Shown one piece after another: positions 15,464 to 29,007 of a DNA stretch of 64,000 nt (position 1 is its first letter; every line of letters begins with the position of its first letter). Location: assembly GCF_009914755.1 (NCBI RefSeq), contig NC_060938.1, one strand, 5' to 3'. The translations under genes were made by a program, and so were the position numbers. This stretch comes from the human T2T-CHM13v2.0 reference genome, Homo sapiens. The notes beneath the pieces are model-generated. The model did no database searches and was not told the DNA's origin. It saw only the letters and a program-made list of their open reading frames with translations.

Positions 15464-15925
15464 GTGAGTGGAGTTTTATGCTTTATCTAAATGTTTGCTT
15501 CCAAAGGTGGTCCAAGCAGGATTTCTTAGATGAGATAGAAGGAGCCTGGGGTGAAAGCCTAAGGTGTCCCGCAGAACATCTTCTCCATTCTTATTCCATG
15601 TTTCCTCTCTGAAGCACCCGAGGTAAGTAAGGCTCATACAGTGATGGACACCAAGCTCCCAGATTTCCCAAGGGAGGTGACTGAGTATAGAGCCCAGAGC
15701 TGGGAAGCACCTTTAGAATGTGAGCCCTAGGAATATTGGTTCCCTGGGGAGCTCGGTCAATCAACTACCAGTGTAGCCAGCATTAAACCAGAGAGGATGA
15801 GGAAGGTAGGGTGCCCAAGTCTGCCCTTGGCTCTCTTGTTGTGTAAGCACATTTGGGCATTTTTCCCCCCTCGCTGATGCTCCTTCATAATTGTCCCAGC
15901 ACATCCAGATTCTCTTCACTAAGGC

Positions 15926-16325
15926 GAGGCTGGCTTTGTGGGCATGCGACCTGTGCAGTTGCTATCCTGAAATTCTGAATAATTCTGTCTTTGAGTCTGA
16001 TGGGACAGTGAAGATGCGAGTGAGTGGAGGAGAGACACGTCATATGAGTGTCTGCTGAACCTTGTCACCTCATTAGCACAAAGCTTTTGTGAGGTGTACT
16101 ATGTGGCTTCCATAGCATGCTTAAAATTTTAATTTTTCTTTATCTAGGACAATACTAAGTAGCAAATTAAAATAACACCGTGACAAGGTAAGAGAGAGAG
16201 ACTATGGAATAAAGGACAAAGTTTTGTATTTTAGTGCCTTTAATGGCACTTTTCCCTGCTTTTTGAATGAAAGGCCCTGCATTTTTACTTTACACTGGGC
16301 CCCACAAGTGACGTAGCTGGCATCT
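15926..16325 (+). mobile_element. MER45-family hAT-Tip100 element
   Basis: ggctggctttgtgggcatgcgacctgtgcagt start and ggccctgcatttttactttacactgggccccacaagtgacgtagctggc end match MER45 termini. Confidence 0.7.
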
Positions 16326-17129
16326 GTCTGAGGGCTGTTTATTGGACAAGCCAACATGAGCCATAGGTCCCTGGAATATGCTGACCATAGTTTTTAGCAT
16401 GGAAGACAGTTGGAGGCTTAAGATTCACTGCCACTGACCTCCAGGACAGCATATGTGCAGAGCTGGTAGTTGAATGGAAAGCAAGTGTGCATTTCATCTC
16501 GTGTGCAGCCTCTCCAGGACTCCCATCTCAGGCTGAGTTTGGGGCTTCCCACCTGCATCTAGGCCTTGGAAACTACATGCTCATCAGGGCCCACGTGGAG
16601 CCTTGGGCTTGCTGAGGGTCATTGTGAAGTTCACAGGCTTGTCCTGCACACACAGTTGCAGGGAGACCAAGGTAAAGCCCTGGGCCCTGCCTCCAGTGCT
16701 TATGCCATGGGATGGGAAGAAGAGGCGAAGTCACCCACTCTGAATGCAGGAGATAAGGATCTGGAGAACCTGCTGCCCCCAAATGCAGGTGCTCCAAGAA
16801 GATGTGGAAGTGGAACAGGTGATACCACCACCCACCAGAAAACAGGGACCAATGGGCCAGATGGGCTACTGCTCTTTCCCTGGGCAAAAATGAGAAAGTG
16901 GTTGGAAAGGGAAGTAAGTGCTTCTTCAGGTCCTTCCCAGGGCATGAGGAGACTACCATAAGTGTGGGTGGTTCCCTCCTAGGTGGGAAAGTGGGGAGAG
17001 AATCTACAAAGACCTGAAATCACCAATGCTGTGAGTAGTGTGTGTTTACTGGGATTGGAAAAGGAAGATGCCTTCAAGTTTTCTATTGCGTGTGTGTGTG
17101 TGTGTTGTTTTTTTTCTAGCAGAGCATTT

Positions 17130-17250
17130 TTAATTTTTATCTTTTAGAGACAAGATCTCACTATGTTGCCTAGGCTTGCCTCAAACTCCTGGGCTCAAGC
17201 AATTCTCCCACCTCAGCCTCCCAGGTAGCTGGGACTACAGGCATGCACTG
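17130..17250 (-). mobile_element. Alu monomer (FLAM-like), preceded by a short (TG)n at about 17087-17105
   Basis: tagagacaagatctcactatgttgcctagg...ctcctgggctcaagcaattctcccacctcagcctcccaggtagctgggactacaggc. Confidence 0.85.
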
Positions 17251-17591
17251 CTTTTAGTTTTGCCTGTTGCAATGGAAATCTTCAGGAACATCACCTTTAT
17301 TCCTGGGCATGAGGTCCTGGTAGTAGGAAAGAAAAATTGTCAATCATGCAAAACTGACCACCCAGATTCCCCTCCTCCAAAGGGAGCTGATTGTATGATG
17401 CTGAATAAAGTGCACACACACTAAACAACTGCCAGCCATGGGATTCTGGTTCTTAAACTGGACAAGAAGTGCTTTCCAGGGGGATGTGGCTTTGCACCCT
17501 GTGGACAACAATGACAGACAGACCCATGGTCATCCCAGGCTCTCACTGGTCCAGCTGGAAGTGGGGGGGTGAGGGTGGCTGGGGATGTCAG

Positions 17592-17662
17592 TTTACAGTC
17601 AACAGTGAGCACCCTTTGTTCCCTTTTACAGTCAAGCAGTGAGTACCATTTGTTCCTTTTTA
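17592..17662. repeat. Two-copy tandem duplication, about 34-bp unit
   Basis: tttacagtcaacagtgagcaccctttgttccct followed by tttacagtcaagcagtgagtaccatttgttcctt. Confidence 0.85.
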
Positions 17663-20600
17663 GCTCTAGGGTCAGCTTCCAGAGCCAAAAGAGGGTAGAG
17701 GAGCCTGGTTCCTCCAGGGGCGATGCAGGAAATGGGGGATAGAAACTGAAGCCTTCATCTCAGAGGGATAAGCTGCTCTCAGTTCCCAGCTCTTTACTCC
17801 CTTGCCCTCGATGGGTCCCTTCCTCCAAGATGGCTCTGCAGAGGCTTCCTCTTTGGTGCAAAGGTCAGGACAAGGCTCTGGTGGGGAATGCTAGGACTCA
17901 TTCTCCCCTGGAGTCTTAAATCCTATTTAGTGGCCTCTCTTTCCCTGTACTTTGAAGGATCTGATTAGGTGTTGGATCCTCTTCTCTTTGTCTGCTATGG
18001 GCAGCGCAGTGAAGAGCAGGTTCGGGCCACCTGTAGGACGCCACACCTGAAGCCACACCTGTCCAGGAAGCTGGGGTTTGAATGGGGACAGGGTGCGAGA
18101 GGGCATTAGTAATATCCTGTGTCGACTAGCCAAGGTTCCTCTTTCAGCTGCCACTTAAGAATGGAATGTGCTCTGGAAGGCAGCAGGTGGGAAGACACAA
18201 AGGCCCCTTGTCTGAGCTTGTGCCCGCACATGGCTTCTCATAGGAGGCATCTATTACCCTGAGGCCTGCTGCAAAGAGGTGCTGGGTCTGCACCCTTGTG
18301 CAGGGTGATGGATATGGCCAGAAAAGAGGTGGGGCCAGAGGTCTGGAGGTGTGAGTGGTGGGGGATGGCAGGGCAAGGACGGGACCCGGGACCCAGCCTT
18401 CTCTTTCCCTAGCCTCTTGCCTTTTTGAATATCCTCCACTGACCGGGCTGGGAGGGATCGGCTGTCCCTCCCAGGCTGGAAGGAATGAAAAGATGTATTG
18501 TGTGACCACGGAGAGTCTGGTCGCCAGCCAGGAATTAGTTCTCTGAAGGAGAGGAGGAGAAAGGCAGAGCAGAAGGAGGCTGGGGGAGGAGGCCCAGAGA
18601 GATGGCAGGAGGAAGGGAGGAGAGAGAGAGGCTGGGTGGTCACAGCCGTTTGGTCTAAGACAGGAGGCCTGAGTGGCTGTGGCTCCTGGATCCACAGGTG
18701 TGGGGCCCCAGGGAAGAAGTGGGGGAAGGAGGGGGAGACACTGTTATCTTACCCAGATGCACGTGCTCCAGGAGGGGAGGAGGGTCAAAACTTCAGACTA
18801 TTTACTTAATCCCTTGGAATGTCCTTTCCTCACTCTGTTCTTTGGGCCCCTTGTGTTTAACGAACTCCTTTATGGGCACATGTGTGGTAATTAACAAATG
18901 CAGTGTAGGTCCTGGACCATGTGTTTGAGTTTCAAATATCCATTGATCTGGGGCAATCCCATCCTGGCTGCCCCCTCCCCTTCTTCTCCTTTGGTCCTGG
19001 CCCTTAAAGAGAGACGTGTGTGTGTTGTGTGTGTGGGAGAGGGGGACGGTGCACATGTGCATTCACATGTGTTTTATGGATGCTACAGAGGAATATCAGA
19101 AGAGAGGAAGAGGGCCCCAAACAGCCCCTTTAGCTCTGAAAATGCACTGCTAAAACAGTTGAAGGCTGAAGAAGTAGAGATAGAGGTAAAGTTTTGGTTT
19201 TCACTGGAGTCATCCAAAGGAAAGTAGATTGGAAGCAGAATGGTTTCAGAGATCAAGAAGTTATCCTGCAGCAGCTTTACCTGGCTGTACCAAGGCCTAT
19301 GGATTTTTCTGATGTGACTCTTTTTGGGGTCTCAATGCTAATTACCATAGGTGATTTGAGGAGCTTCCAGGATAACTGAACACAGGTTCAGGGGCTGGCC
19401 CTGCCCTTCATTGCTTGTGAAGTGCAAGGAGGGAAGGAAGTTCTTAGCCTCTGGTGGGGTGAAGGGGGGCAGTGGTGAAGAGTGATTAAATGAAAGGATA
19501 TGGAAAAGCACTTGTGAAATGATTTCTGGCAGTTCTCTGTGAGCTTTTGACTTCTGAGTGCCCAGAGCATCAGAGGCCATGGGGTGATGCTGTGATAAAT
19601 GGCAAGTGAAAGTTTAGGGTCACCAGGAATTTTCTGCGGTTTGCATTTTTCCCATAAGAAGTCTGGGAGTTAGTTGTTTAAGGAAAGCAAGAGAAAAATA
19701 AAAATACTAATATACTCTGCTAAACTTTTCTGCATGGGCTTCTGTATTTGTCAAGCTAGTCTTGGAGAGGGGCAGAACTTCAAAAATCCAACCCAGCTTT
19801 AATTTTCAGAGTTTAAAAAGAAGATCTCCCACTGGCTGTTCCATAGTATGTGCTCCAAGTAAAGAGTGAGTCATATTTATTTCTCCAAGGTCCCTGTCTG
19901 TATCTCTATTTTTAGAGCTGGGTCTACAGGTTGTTGCCAACTTGGAGACCTTGTCACTCAAGCAATGGATGGAGCAGCTCTGAGGGGCAGGCTTAGGACA
20001 GAGGCAATGGCTGGCAAACATCCCAGACGAAGGGGACTGGGTGGCCCCCCAGCCTCAGCCCTCATAAGGTGTTAACACACCTGAAGGAGGGGTGCTTCAT
20101 TGCCCTGAGCCTGGCAGAGCCGTGTTGGGCTGGCTGTCGAGGGACATTCCACATGTGAAATGTCACTCCTGCTCACATGACTTAAATCTCTTCCCGACTA
20201 CCTCTTTTTTCTCTTCCCCTAGCAACCACGGGGGTATGGGAGGCTGAATCTGTAGCTGATCTCTTAGCATTGCCATCAGGTGGGCTGGGCTGGGTTTGAA
20301 TGGAGATGGGCAGCTGACGACCTCCATGCTGTTGGCTTCTGCTCACATGGCTTTTCTTGGAGAAGGATTCTCTCTGATTCTGTGCCTGCTGAAACAGAAC
20401 TGTGCCTGAGCAGCTCCAAGCCTGAGAGAGGCAGCTCGTTTGCTTTCTGGTTCTCCGAGCCGCCTCCACCAAGCCTGGAATGTTCATATACCAGCTTCGC
20501 AGAGGTCAGTTTCAGAAGGGGTGTGCTTGCATGCTCACACATGTACCATGTCTCCCTCCTTCCCATAGCTAACTGCTCCGCCAGCTTGGCTCCAGCTACT

Positions 20601-22058
20601 CAACCGCCTCCATTTTGGCCCGTATTCCAGGGTCTCTGAAGAAAAGTTTATGCATGAACAGCACTAGACTGAGAGTTTGATTTCCTGCCATATCCTCATC
20701 TCCAAGGATTGGAGAGAGAATAAGATTTAGGGATCTGGAAAAAGCCTCTTAGACATAAATTCATTTGAATCCCTGGTGTTATTAGTAACCATTGATATTT
20801 TACGCTTGGTGCTTTTACTCAGCAAATATTTATGGAGAACTTACTAAATGTCAGGCTTGTTATCGTCACTAAGGACCCAGGGATGAGTATAACAGTACGA
20901 GTCCAGGCCTCACCTCCTGGAGCTCACATTCTAATTGTTCTTAGCCTTTTATGATGGAGGTTATTCATCTTCAGGTGGAGGAAAACCTCCAGCGGAGCAG
21001 CAGGCTTCTGTAAGCTCTGGGAAGTTGCCACCTCTGCAGGGGAGGGAAGGCAGGTGGCCCCTCCAAACAACCCTGTGTGGTAGCTCCTGTAGCCAGAGCC
21101 TCTAAGGAAAGCCCCTTGGAGCGGGTGGCCTGAGCTGAGCAAAGCCCTCTGCCAGGTTCCTGAGCCCTCTGACTAGTGCCTTTGTGGGGCCACTGAAGTC
21201 CAGGTGAGAGGGCTCAGAGCTTGTCAGGCCAATGAGAGTATGTTCATTTGCTCCCTGCTCCCGGCCTAAGTTCCAGTGTGGCACAGCAGCTTGCAGAGAG
21301 GTAGGGATATGGGCACATAGGTGGACAGGCCTTGGGCCTGCTTCTGACCCCTGGTCTCCAGCTCAGAGGGCCACAGAACTCGTGTGGTAAAGGCCGAGGA
21401 ACTGTCACTCTCAGGTTCCATTGCAGTGATCCTGTGCTTGCAGAAAGAAAGATGTGAGATTCAAGGGCTGATTATTCTCAAGTTTCTTCGGAAAGGCAAT
21501 GGAACTAGAATAGCTGAAACAATTTTGAAAAAGAAAACTAAAGTGGGAGGAACCATTTTATCTGATTTTAAGATGAATAAAGCTAGAGTTCTAGAGATAG
21601 TGTGGTATTTGTGGAGTAACAGATGCATGAATCAATGGAACAGAATAGAGGACCCAGAAACAGATCCACAAACAAATGGTGCTCTAGCAATTGGACATCC
21701 ACAGACCAAACAAATAAAATTAACAAATCGACCCCAAAGCCTCAACCTAAACCTCAGACCTGATATGAAAATGAATTCAAAATGGATCGTAGACTTAAAT
21801 GTAAAATGTGAAGCTATTAAAACTTTTAGAAGAAAACAAGAGAAAATCTTCACCACCAAAAACATAATCTAGAAGATAATATATATAAGTTGAACTTTAA
21901 AATTTGCTCTGCAAAAAGTGCTGTTAGAGAATTAAGAAAAAACTACAGCCTGAGAAAAAATATTTGCAAACCGTCTATCCAACATAGGACTCATATCTAG
22001 AGAATATAAACAACTCTTAAAGCTTAGCAGCTAAAAAACAGTTTAATTAGAAAATGGT

Positions 22059-22560
<502 letters not shown>

Positions 22561-23031
22561 GAAATTGGCCAAATGCACAAATAGACATTTCACCAATTTC
22601 ACCAAGGCAGACAAACAGAGGGCAAATATGCACACAAGAAGAGGCTCAGCATCATTAGCCACAGGAAATGCAAAATAAGTCCATGGCAGGATGTCACTAC
22701 ATATCTATTAGGAGAGCTAAAAGAAAAAGTAGTGTCAACACCAAATGATAGTGAGGCTGCCGAGAAACTGGACCTCTCATACATCGCTGGCAAGAATAAC
22801 ATGGTACAGACACACTGGAAAAATACTTTGGAAGTTTCTGAAAAACAACTAAACATACATATACCATATAATCCAGCAGTTGCACTCCTGAGCATTTATT
22901 CCAGAGAAATGAAAATTTATGGCCACACACACAAAAAACCTGTACACGAACAAGAAGCAGCTTTATCTGTAATAGCTGAAAGTAGAAAAAAAACCCCAAA
23001 TGTCCTTCAGTGGATGAAACAAACTGTGGCA

Positions 23032-23534
23032 CAGTAGTACTGCCCTACCCACGGCCAACCATGGTCTGAAAATATTCAATGGAAAATTTCAGAAATAAAC
23101 AATTTGTAAGTTTTAAGTTGTGAGCCATTCTGAGTAGTGTGATGCAATCTCACACTGTCCTGCTCCCTCCCATCTGGGATGTGAATCATGACTTTGTCCA
23201 GCATACCCATGCTGTGTACCCTCCCTGTGACTTGGGGCCAGCTCTGTTATCAAGTGGATAGATTGCAAAATGAAGAAGGATGAATACAGTACAATCAGAT
23301 ATTCTGAGAGATAGACAATATTCATATAACTTTTATAAAAGTACATTGTTATAATTATTCTATTTTATTATTAGTTATTATTGTTCATCTATACCGTGCC
23401 TAATTTATAAATAAACCTTTATCATAGGTATGTATGGGGAAAAAACAGGATGTATAGGGTTCGGTTCTATCCGCGGTTGAAGGCATCCACTGGGGGTCTT
23501 GGAAGGTATCTGCTGTGAGTAAGGTGGGATCCCC
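23032..23534 (+). mobile_element. MER44-family (TcMar-Tigger) element inserted into the L1
   Basis: cagtagt...cccacggccaaccatggtctgaaaata start; atagggttcggttctatccgcggttgaaggcatccactgggggtcttggaa near the end; L1 text aaactgtgg...tatccat resumes across it. Confidence 0.82.
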
Positions 23535-26039
23535 TATCCATCTATACCCTGGAAAAATACTCAGCAATAAAAAGGAATGAATTGTTGATATATGCAACCA
23601 CAACTTGAGTGGATCTCAAGGGCATTATGCAACATGAAAAGAGCCCATTTCAAAAGGTTGTATATTGCATGATTCCATTTATATAACAGTCTAGAAATGA
23701 CAGCATTATAGAGATGGAGAACAGATTAGTGGTTGCCAGGTGTGAGGAATGGGGTGGAGGAGGGAAAGTGTGACAGTAAAAGTGGCACAAGGGAGATCTT
23801 TGTGCTGATGGAATAGTTCTAGGCTGATGGTGGTGGTGGTTACCTGAGTCTACACGTGGATAAAATTGCAGAGAACGATACACACAAATGAGTGCATTTA
23901 AAACTGGTAGAATCTGAATAAGGTCCATGGATTATATGAATATCAGTGTCCCGATTTTGATTTTGTACTAATTATGCCACCCAGATAATTAAAGAGCTTA
24001 CCCATATCATTATGCTAACTATAAAGCCGTTACCATTGGGGGAAACTGGGTGAGGGGTACACAGGACCTCTCTGTATTATCTTTGCAACTTCCTGTGAAT
24101 CGATAATCATTTCAAAATAAAAAGTTAAAAAAACATTAGCCGAGTCTTCTGTGTGAACCCAGCCCTGACCAGGCTCCTCTGCTGCCGGTGCTTCCTCTTC
24201 CTCTTCTGTCCCCAGTTTGCCTTTTCCCCAGCCTTCTGTTTTTGCTCTTCTTCAGCTCAAGGATGTGAGAACTGCCTGCAAAAAGGCAGCTTTCAGCTTG
24301 TTTTCACTTCTTTTGGGAGGGAACATGCAGGTAGGTATACGGAATATAAAACACTGACCTCCTGCTTTGGAAAGAACCTGACATGCCCGACCACTTCTGC
24401 TCCTACAGATCAGAATCAGGACAGTTCACCATCCATTTCTGAGCCTCGCTGGTCATGGCGCATGCATCTCAGGAAATGTTGAGGTGGCCTAGCATTCCAT
24501 CCTCCTCTGGGTCTGATTCAGGGCAGGCTCTTAAGGGACTTTTGCAAACAGACACTGTTGTCTCCTTACGATGCCCAGAATGAGTTGTCTCCACTTCCAC
24601 ATTGAGCCTCAGAATCACATGTGGAGGGGGATGGTGGCTCTGGCATAAATGTGGTCCCTTCAAAGCAAGAACCTTCGAGCACTTCTACCAGGCTGAAGTT
24701 TATCTCCATGTCTTTTTCAAAGATGGACAATGGCAGCCTGAAAGAATATGAGGGAGGGTCACCAGTGATGGACATGGTTTGGGGAGAGCCCAAGAATTGA
24801 AGGGGACTTGGGATTGTTGACAGACCTTCCACATCTCAGAATGGGGGAAGTGGTTTCTTTTTTCCTCATTCTCCAAGGCTTCTCAGTCTCAGAGACCCCA
24901 AGAGATGCCATTAATACAGATTCCTCCTCTGGCTCCTTTGAGACATTTGCTTTTGAAGGACCTGGAAGAGAAAGCTCTTTGTATGTGGCCAGAATAAACT
25001 CATTGTACACCCAAACAATTAACTCCTCAATGGACTTGCCAGCCCCTTGAAAGGCCTGGCCCTGCGTCCCTGGACCTCTTGGGCTCTATTCAGTCCCTTA
25101 AGCACACCAATGTTTTTGGGTTTTTGTTTTGTTTTGTTTGTTATTCTGAAAAGTCTTTCCCTGAGAATAGTCTGAGCGGATCAACATTGTCCTCAGCCTG
25201 GCATTTATCTCTCCTCGCCAGCGAATGTCAATCAGGAATCAAAAAGCCAAACAGAGGAGGCTTTGAACGGTGTCATCGGGGGTCGAAGTGACTTCCAGCT
25301 GTCTGTGCGTGGGCCAGGCCTTCTCGCAGGGCAAGGAATTGTGCTGTCACACAAACCCACTGTCTGTATAGGCTCACAGAGCCCATGCGGGGGCTGCAAC
25401 TTTCTGGGGCTGCACCTGCAAGGACAAGGCGTGACTGGGGGTTGGGGAATCTCCGGAGGCCAAATGCCAGGGCTCTGGGACCAGGCAGTTTCCAAAGCTG
25501 CTTGCTGCCTCTGGGACCTTGATCAAATCACTTACTTGCATTGTTATTCAATTCTCTTTTTATCTGCCTGGTTTCTCCCTCCGCCCTGGCTGGTGGTGAG
25601 AATAGATGAGGAAAGCTACCTGCCAGGAACTGAGTGTTGCAAAGTGTGGTAATACTATTATTACCGTTGCTCTTGACATCCTCCTTGAGAATTCTTTCAG
25701 TTTGCCTTATTTGTTGTTTGTTTTCATGTTTCCAAATTTGCCTTTTTTCTCCCTCCCTGTAAGAAAAAGGATAATCTTTGAATTGGCTTTTTTTTTTTCA
25801 GTGTTTATCCTCTTCCTTTTAATATGGAAGATTATTATAGTATTAAAGAGAAATACTCTCTGAGGTCCAAAAGAATCACGAAGAATATACACCAAACATC
25901 ATCACATGCATATACAGATTCACATACATTTTTCTTTAAAACAGTGGAAGAGTCTTCCCCCAAATTAAGGACCACTCAAATAATCTAGCTGCTGCTGCCT
26001 CATGATTTATTTGTGATGACTTGGGCACACCTCCCTTTT

Positions 26040-26900
26040 TGTTTTAACAGCTTTATTGAAGTATAGTTTACATACCGTAAAATTCACTCATTGTAAATAT
26101 ACAACCCAATGAATTTAATAAATTCATAGTGTTGTACAATTGTCACCAGAGAACATCTCCATCACCCCAAAAAGCAACCTTGAACCCATTCACAGGTATT
26201 TTCTACTCCTACCTGTAGCTCTAGGCACCCCCAGATCTGTTTTCTGTGTCTATAGATGTAGCCTTACTAGACATTTCATATAGATGGAATCATACAACAT
26301 GTGGTATTTACATCTGGATTTTTATACTTAGCATAATGTCTTTGAGATTCTTCATCTACATTGTCACATGTATTAGTAATTCATTCCTTTTAATTGCTGA
26401 ATAGTATGCTATCATATGGATATATCACAATTTATTCACCAGTGGACAGACATTTGGATTGTTTTCAGTTTGAAGCTTTAATGAATAATGCTGCAGTGAA
26501 TATTTCTATACATGTCTTTGTGTGGGCATGTTTTTATTCTCCTAGATGGATTCTAGGAGTGGAATTTTGGGGTTAAAAGTTGATGTTTAGCTTTTTAAAG
26601 AGACTGTCAAACTCCTTTCCAAAGTGGATGCCCAGTTGTACATTCTCACCAGCAATGAACAAGGGTTCCATTTCCTCCACATCCTTACCAACACTTAATA
26701 TTGTCTATCTTTTTATTTTAGCCATTCTAGTGGCTGTTTAGAAGTATCTTGTTGTGGTTTTAATTTGTACCTTCCTAATGATTAACAATGTTGGATATCT
26801 TTTCATGTATTTATTAGCCATCTGTATCTCTTCTTTGGTGAAATGTCTGTCAAAATATGTTGTCCATATTTAAATAAGGTTGCTTGTTATTGAGTTGTAA
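26040..26900 (-). mobile_element. L1 3' end (L1MB/L1ME-like)
   Basis: ttttaacagctttattgaagtatagtttacatacc...; gacatttcatatagatggaatcatacaac; cattctcaccagcaatg; gttttaatttgtaccttcctaatg. Confidence 0.88.
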
Positions 26901-28679
26901 GGTTTACCTTATTTTCAATTTAAAAACTTTGATAGGATTTTAATTTTGTAAACCCAATTTTAAAAGTAAGCAGTTGAATAAGATGGTTTGCACTCATGGA
27001 ATTATAGATGCCCTTTAGTGGGCCTTTAAAGTGTTTTACACCTACACAAAAAAGTGTCCCGAGATTTTGTAGGCAGGTATCCTTCAATTTTAGAAGAGGA
27101 TATTGCTATCCAGAGAAGTAAAAGGAGGGGCTCAACTTATCCAGAGTAAACTTATTACATGTGAAGGGGGATTTGGAGTGTGACTCCCCTTAAGACTGGG
27201 AGGCAGGAGCACATATAGAAACCTTGTTCTCTCCCCAGTGCCCAGTGTGGGGCCTGGTGTTGCTCCAGGGCTTGCCTGGAAGCAGAACTGATGTAGACCT
27301 TGGACCTAGGCCTTGGACTTGTGTTTGGTAGAAGAGGTGCTCTTATTTGCTGGGTCAGAAGCCAGGAGCCCAGGTGCCCGGAGATGATGGTTAGAGGGTG
27401 CTGTTCGCTTTGGCTTGGCTTCCCAGCCTTTGAGCATGCTGGATGTCACAGGTGATTCCTGGCAGCAGGGCATCTTGTCTTTTCTCACTTCATAAAGATT
27501 TCCATTTAGGACCTCCCCGTGGCAGAGCAGCTGTATCTCTTCACCCTCAGTGACCCTACCCTGCAGGAAGATTCCTTCCCTGCAAGTGGCTTTATGCCTC
27601 ATGGGCTTCTCTGACTACATCTGGGAAATCTGTGGAGGTCCTTGACCTGCAAAAGGGCAAAGCTTCCCCAAAAAACCTTTTTGCCCTCCTTGAGTGCAGA
27701 CCTTCTTTGCTGATGGCTGGGCCCGATGGGCAGTCCAAGATTTTCATCTGGATGATGGGAGAAATAAACAGAATGTTTTCAGTTGTCTTGCTCCAGAGAA
27801 GAGATACAGTTCTTGTAATATGGGAGGATTTTCATACCTACATTGAATATTAAAATATTACATAAGCCATATGCACTTGAGTTCTCATTATCATCCCTCC
27901 TGGAATGTTTGATTTTTCACTTTCCCTTTGTTAGCCTGTAAGACTCCTAAAATGAAGCCACCCTGTGTGGAAGGGCTGAGCACACTGTGCTGGACTATTT
28001 AGACTGTGAACTCTGTATCTGGCAGGCACAACCAAATGTGCATTGCAGCTGCCAAAAGACTCAATTCAGTGGCTCATTGAATTCAATGGAAAGAGGTGTT
28101 AATAGAGTCAGGGGAAGTGATGCTATTAAAAAAATGACATTGTGTGGCTCTGTTCTGTGTTTATTCTCCCTCAAAGACTTCCAGATCAAACTCACACAGT
28201 TTGGCATCAAAAGATGCCTGTTTTGGACTCCAGTTTGAGGCAAATAGTATATCCAGCATAGATACTCTTCTCTTCCTGCTACATCTCATTTCTTGGGATG
28301 ATTGTCAGATAATTCAGGATCACTTTGGCTTCTGCAAGAGTTGGGTCTTGGTGTCAGTACATGAGAATAATATCAGGGTCAGGTGTCACCCGACTGTCAG
28401 CTCAGCTGCTGGCCTCAGCCTCTAACAAGGGTTAGAGTCTCCATAGCTCTTGAATCTTAAGCTCCCAAGGGTGAGATGTTGATGCAAAAAGGAGATCAGG
28501 ACTCTGTATTCTCTCTCCCTCCCCCAATAAGATGCACGAAAGTCGGCCAAAGGTACTGAGAGCTCCAAATGGTAGAGGGTTGTTATTATTGATGATCTGA
28601 CTGGCGTCACAGAGACTATCTGAGAACTTGCAATCTGCATAAATAGTTAATGCTCAGAGAATATAGTGTTCCATCCTAA

Positions 28680-29007
28680 AAGACCTCTAAGGGGTCTTGA
28701 GAAGAGAGGGATGGTGTAATCATCAAACCGCCTGAGACAACAGTGCTCTCCTTCCCTCCCCCCGTGGAGAGAAATCTCTTAAACTATATAACCTTAAGAG
28801 GGACAAAGATACCCTCTCCAAGCCTTCTCTAAGGGGGTAAAATTATTTCTTAGGGGATGAAAAACACTCATTTTACATATGAAGCACAAATATATATACT
28901 GTTTCTTTGCATTATTAAAATTTTATTAGGGAGATGATTAGGAAAAAATTACCTAAAAATGCTCCTTAGATGAGTGATAATGGAAAAAAGGTTGAGAAAT
29001 ACTGCTA
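28680..29007 (+). mobile_element. Degraded hAT-Charlie element (MER113-like)
   Basis: Terminal gataatggaaaaaaggttgagaaatactg resembles a Charlie-family TIR; left boundary uncertain. Confidence 0.4.

Noticed and set aside
18031-18045. gtaggacgcc resembles the start of the SMOC1 terminal exon as I recall it (VGRLV)
   Set aside because: Wrong position (intron 5), diverges after a few bases and has no pyrimidine tract; the true last exon is not in the window.
18144-18695. 183-aa minus-strand ORF, the longest in the window
   Set aside because: Pro/Ser/Leu-rich low-complexity product of a G-skewed tract with few stop codons; no domain and no supporting gene structure.
21384-21872. 162-aa ORF with protein-like composition
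   Set aside because: Degraded L1 ORF2 remnant (NQWNRIE, SKWI.DLNVK motifs) inside the L1; not a host gene.
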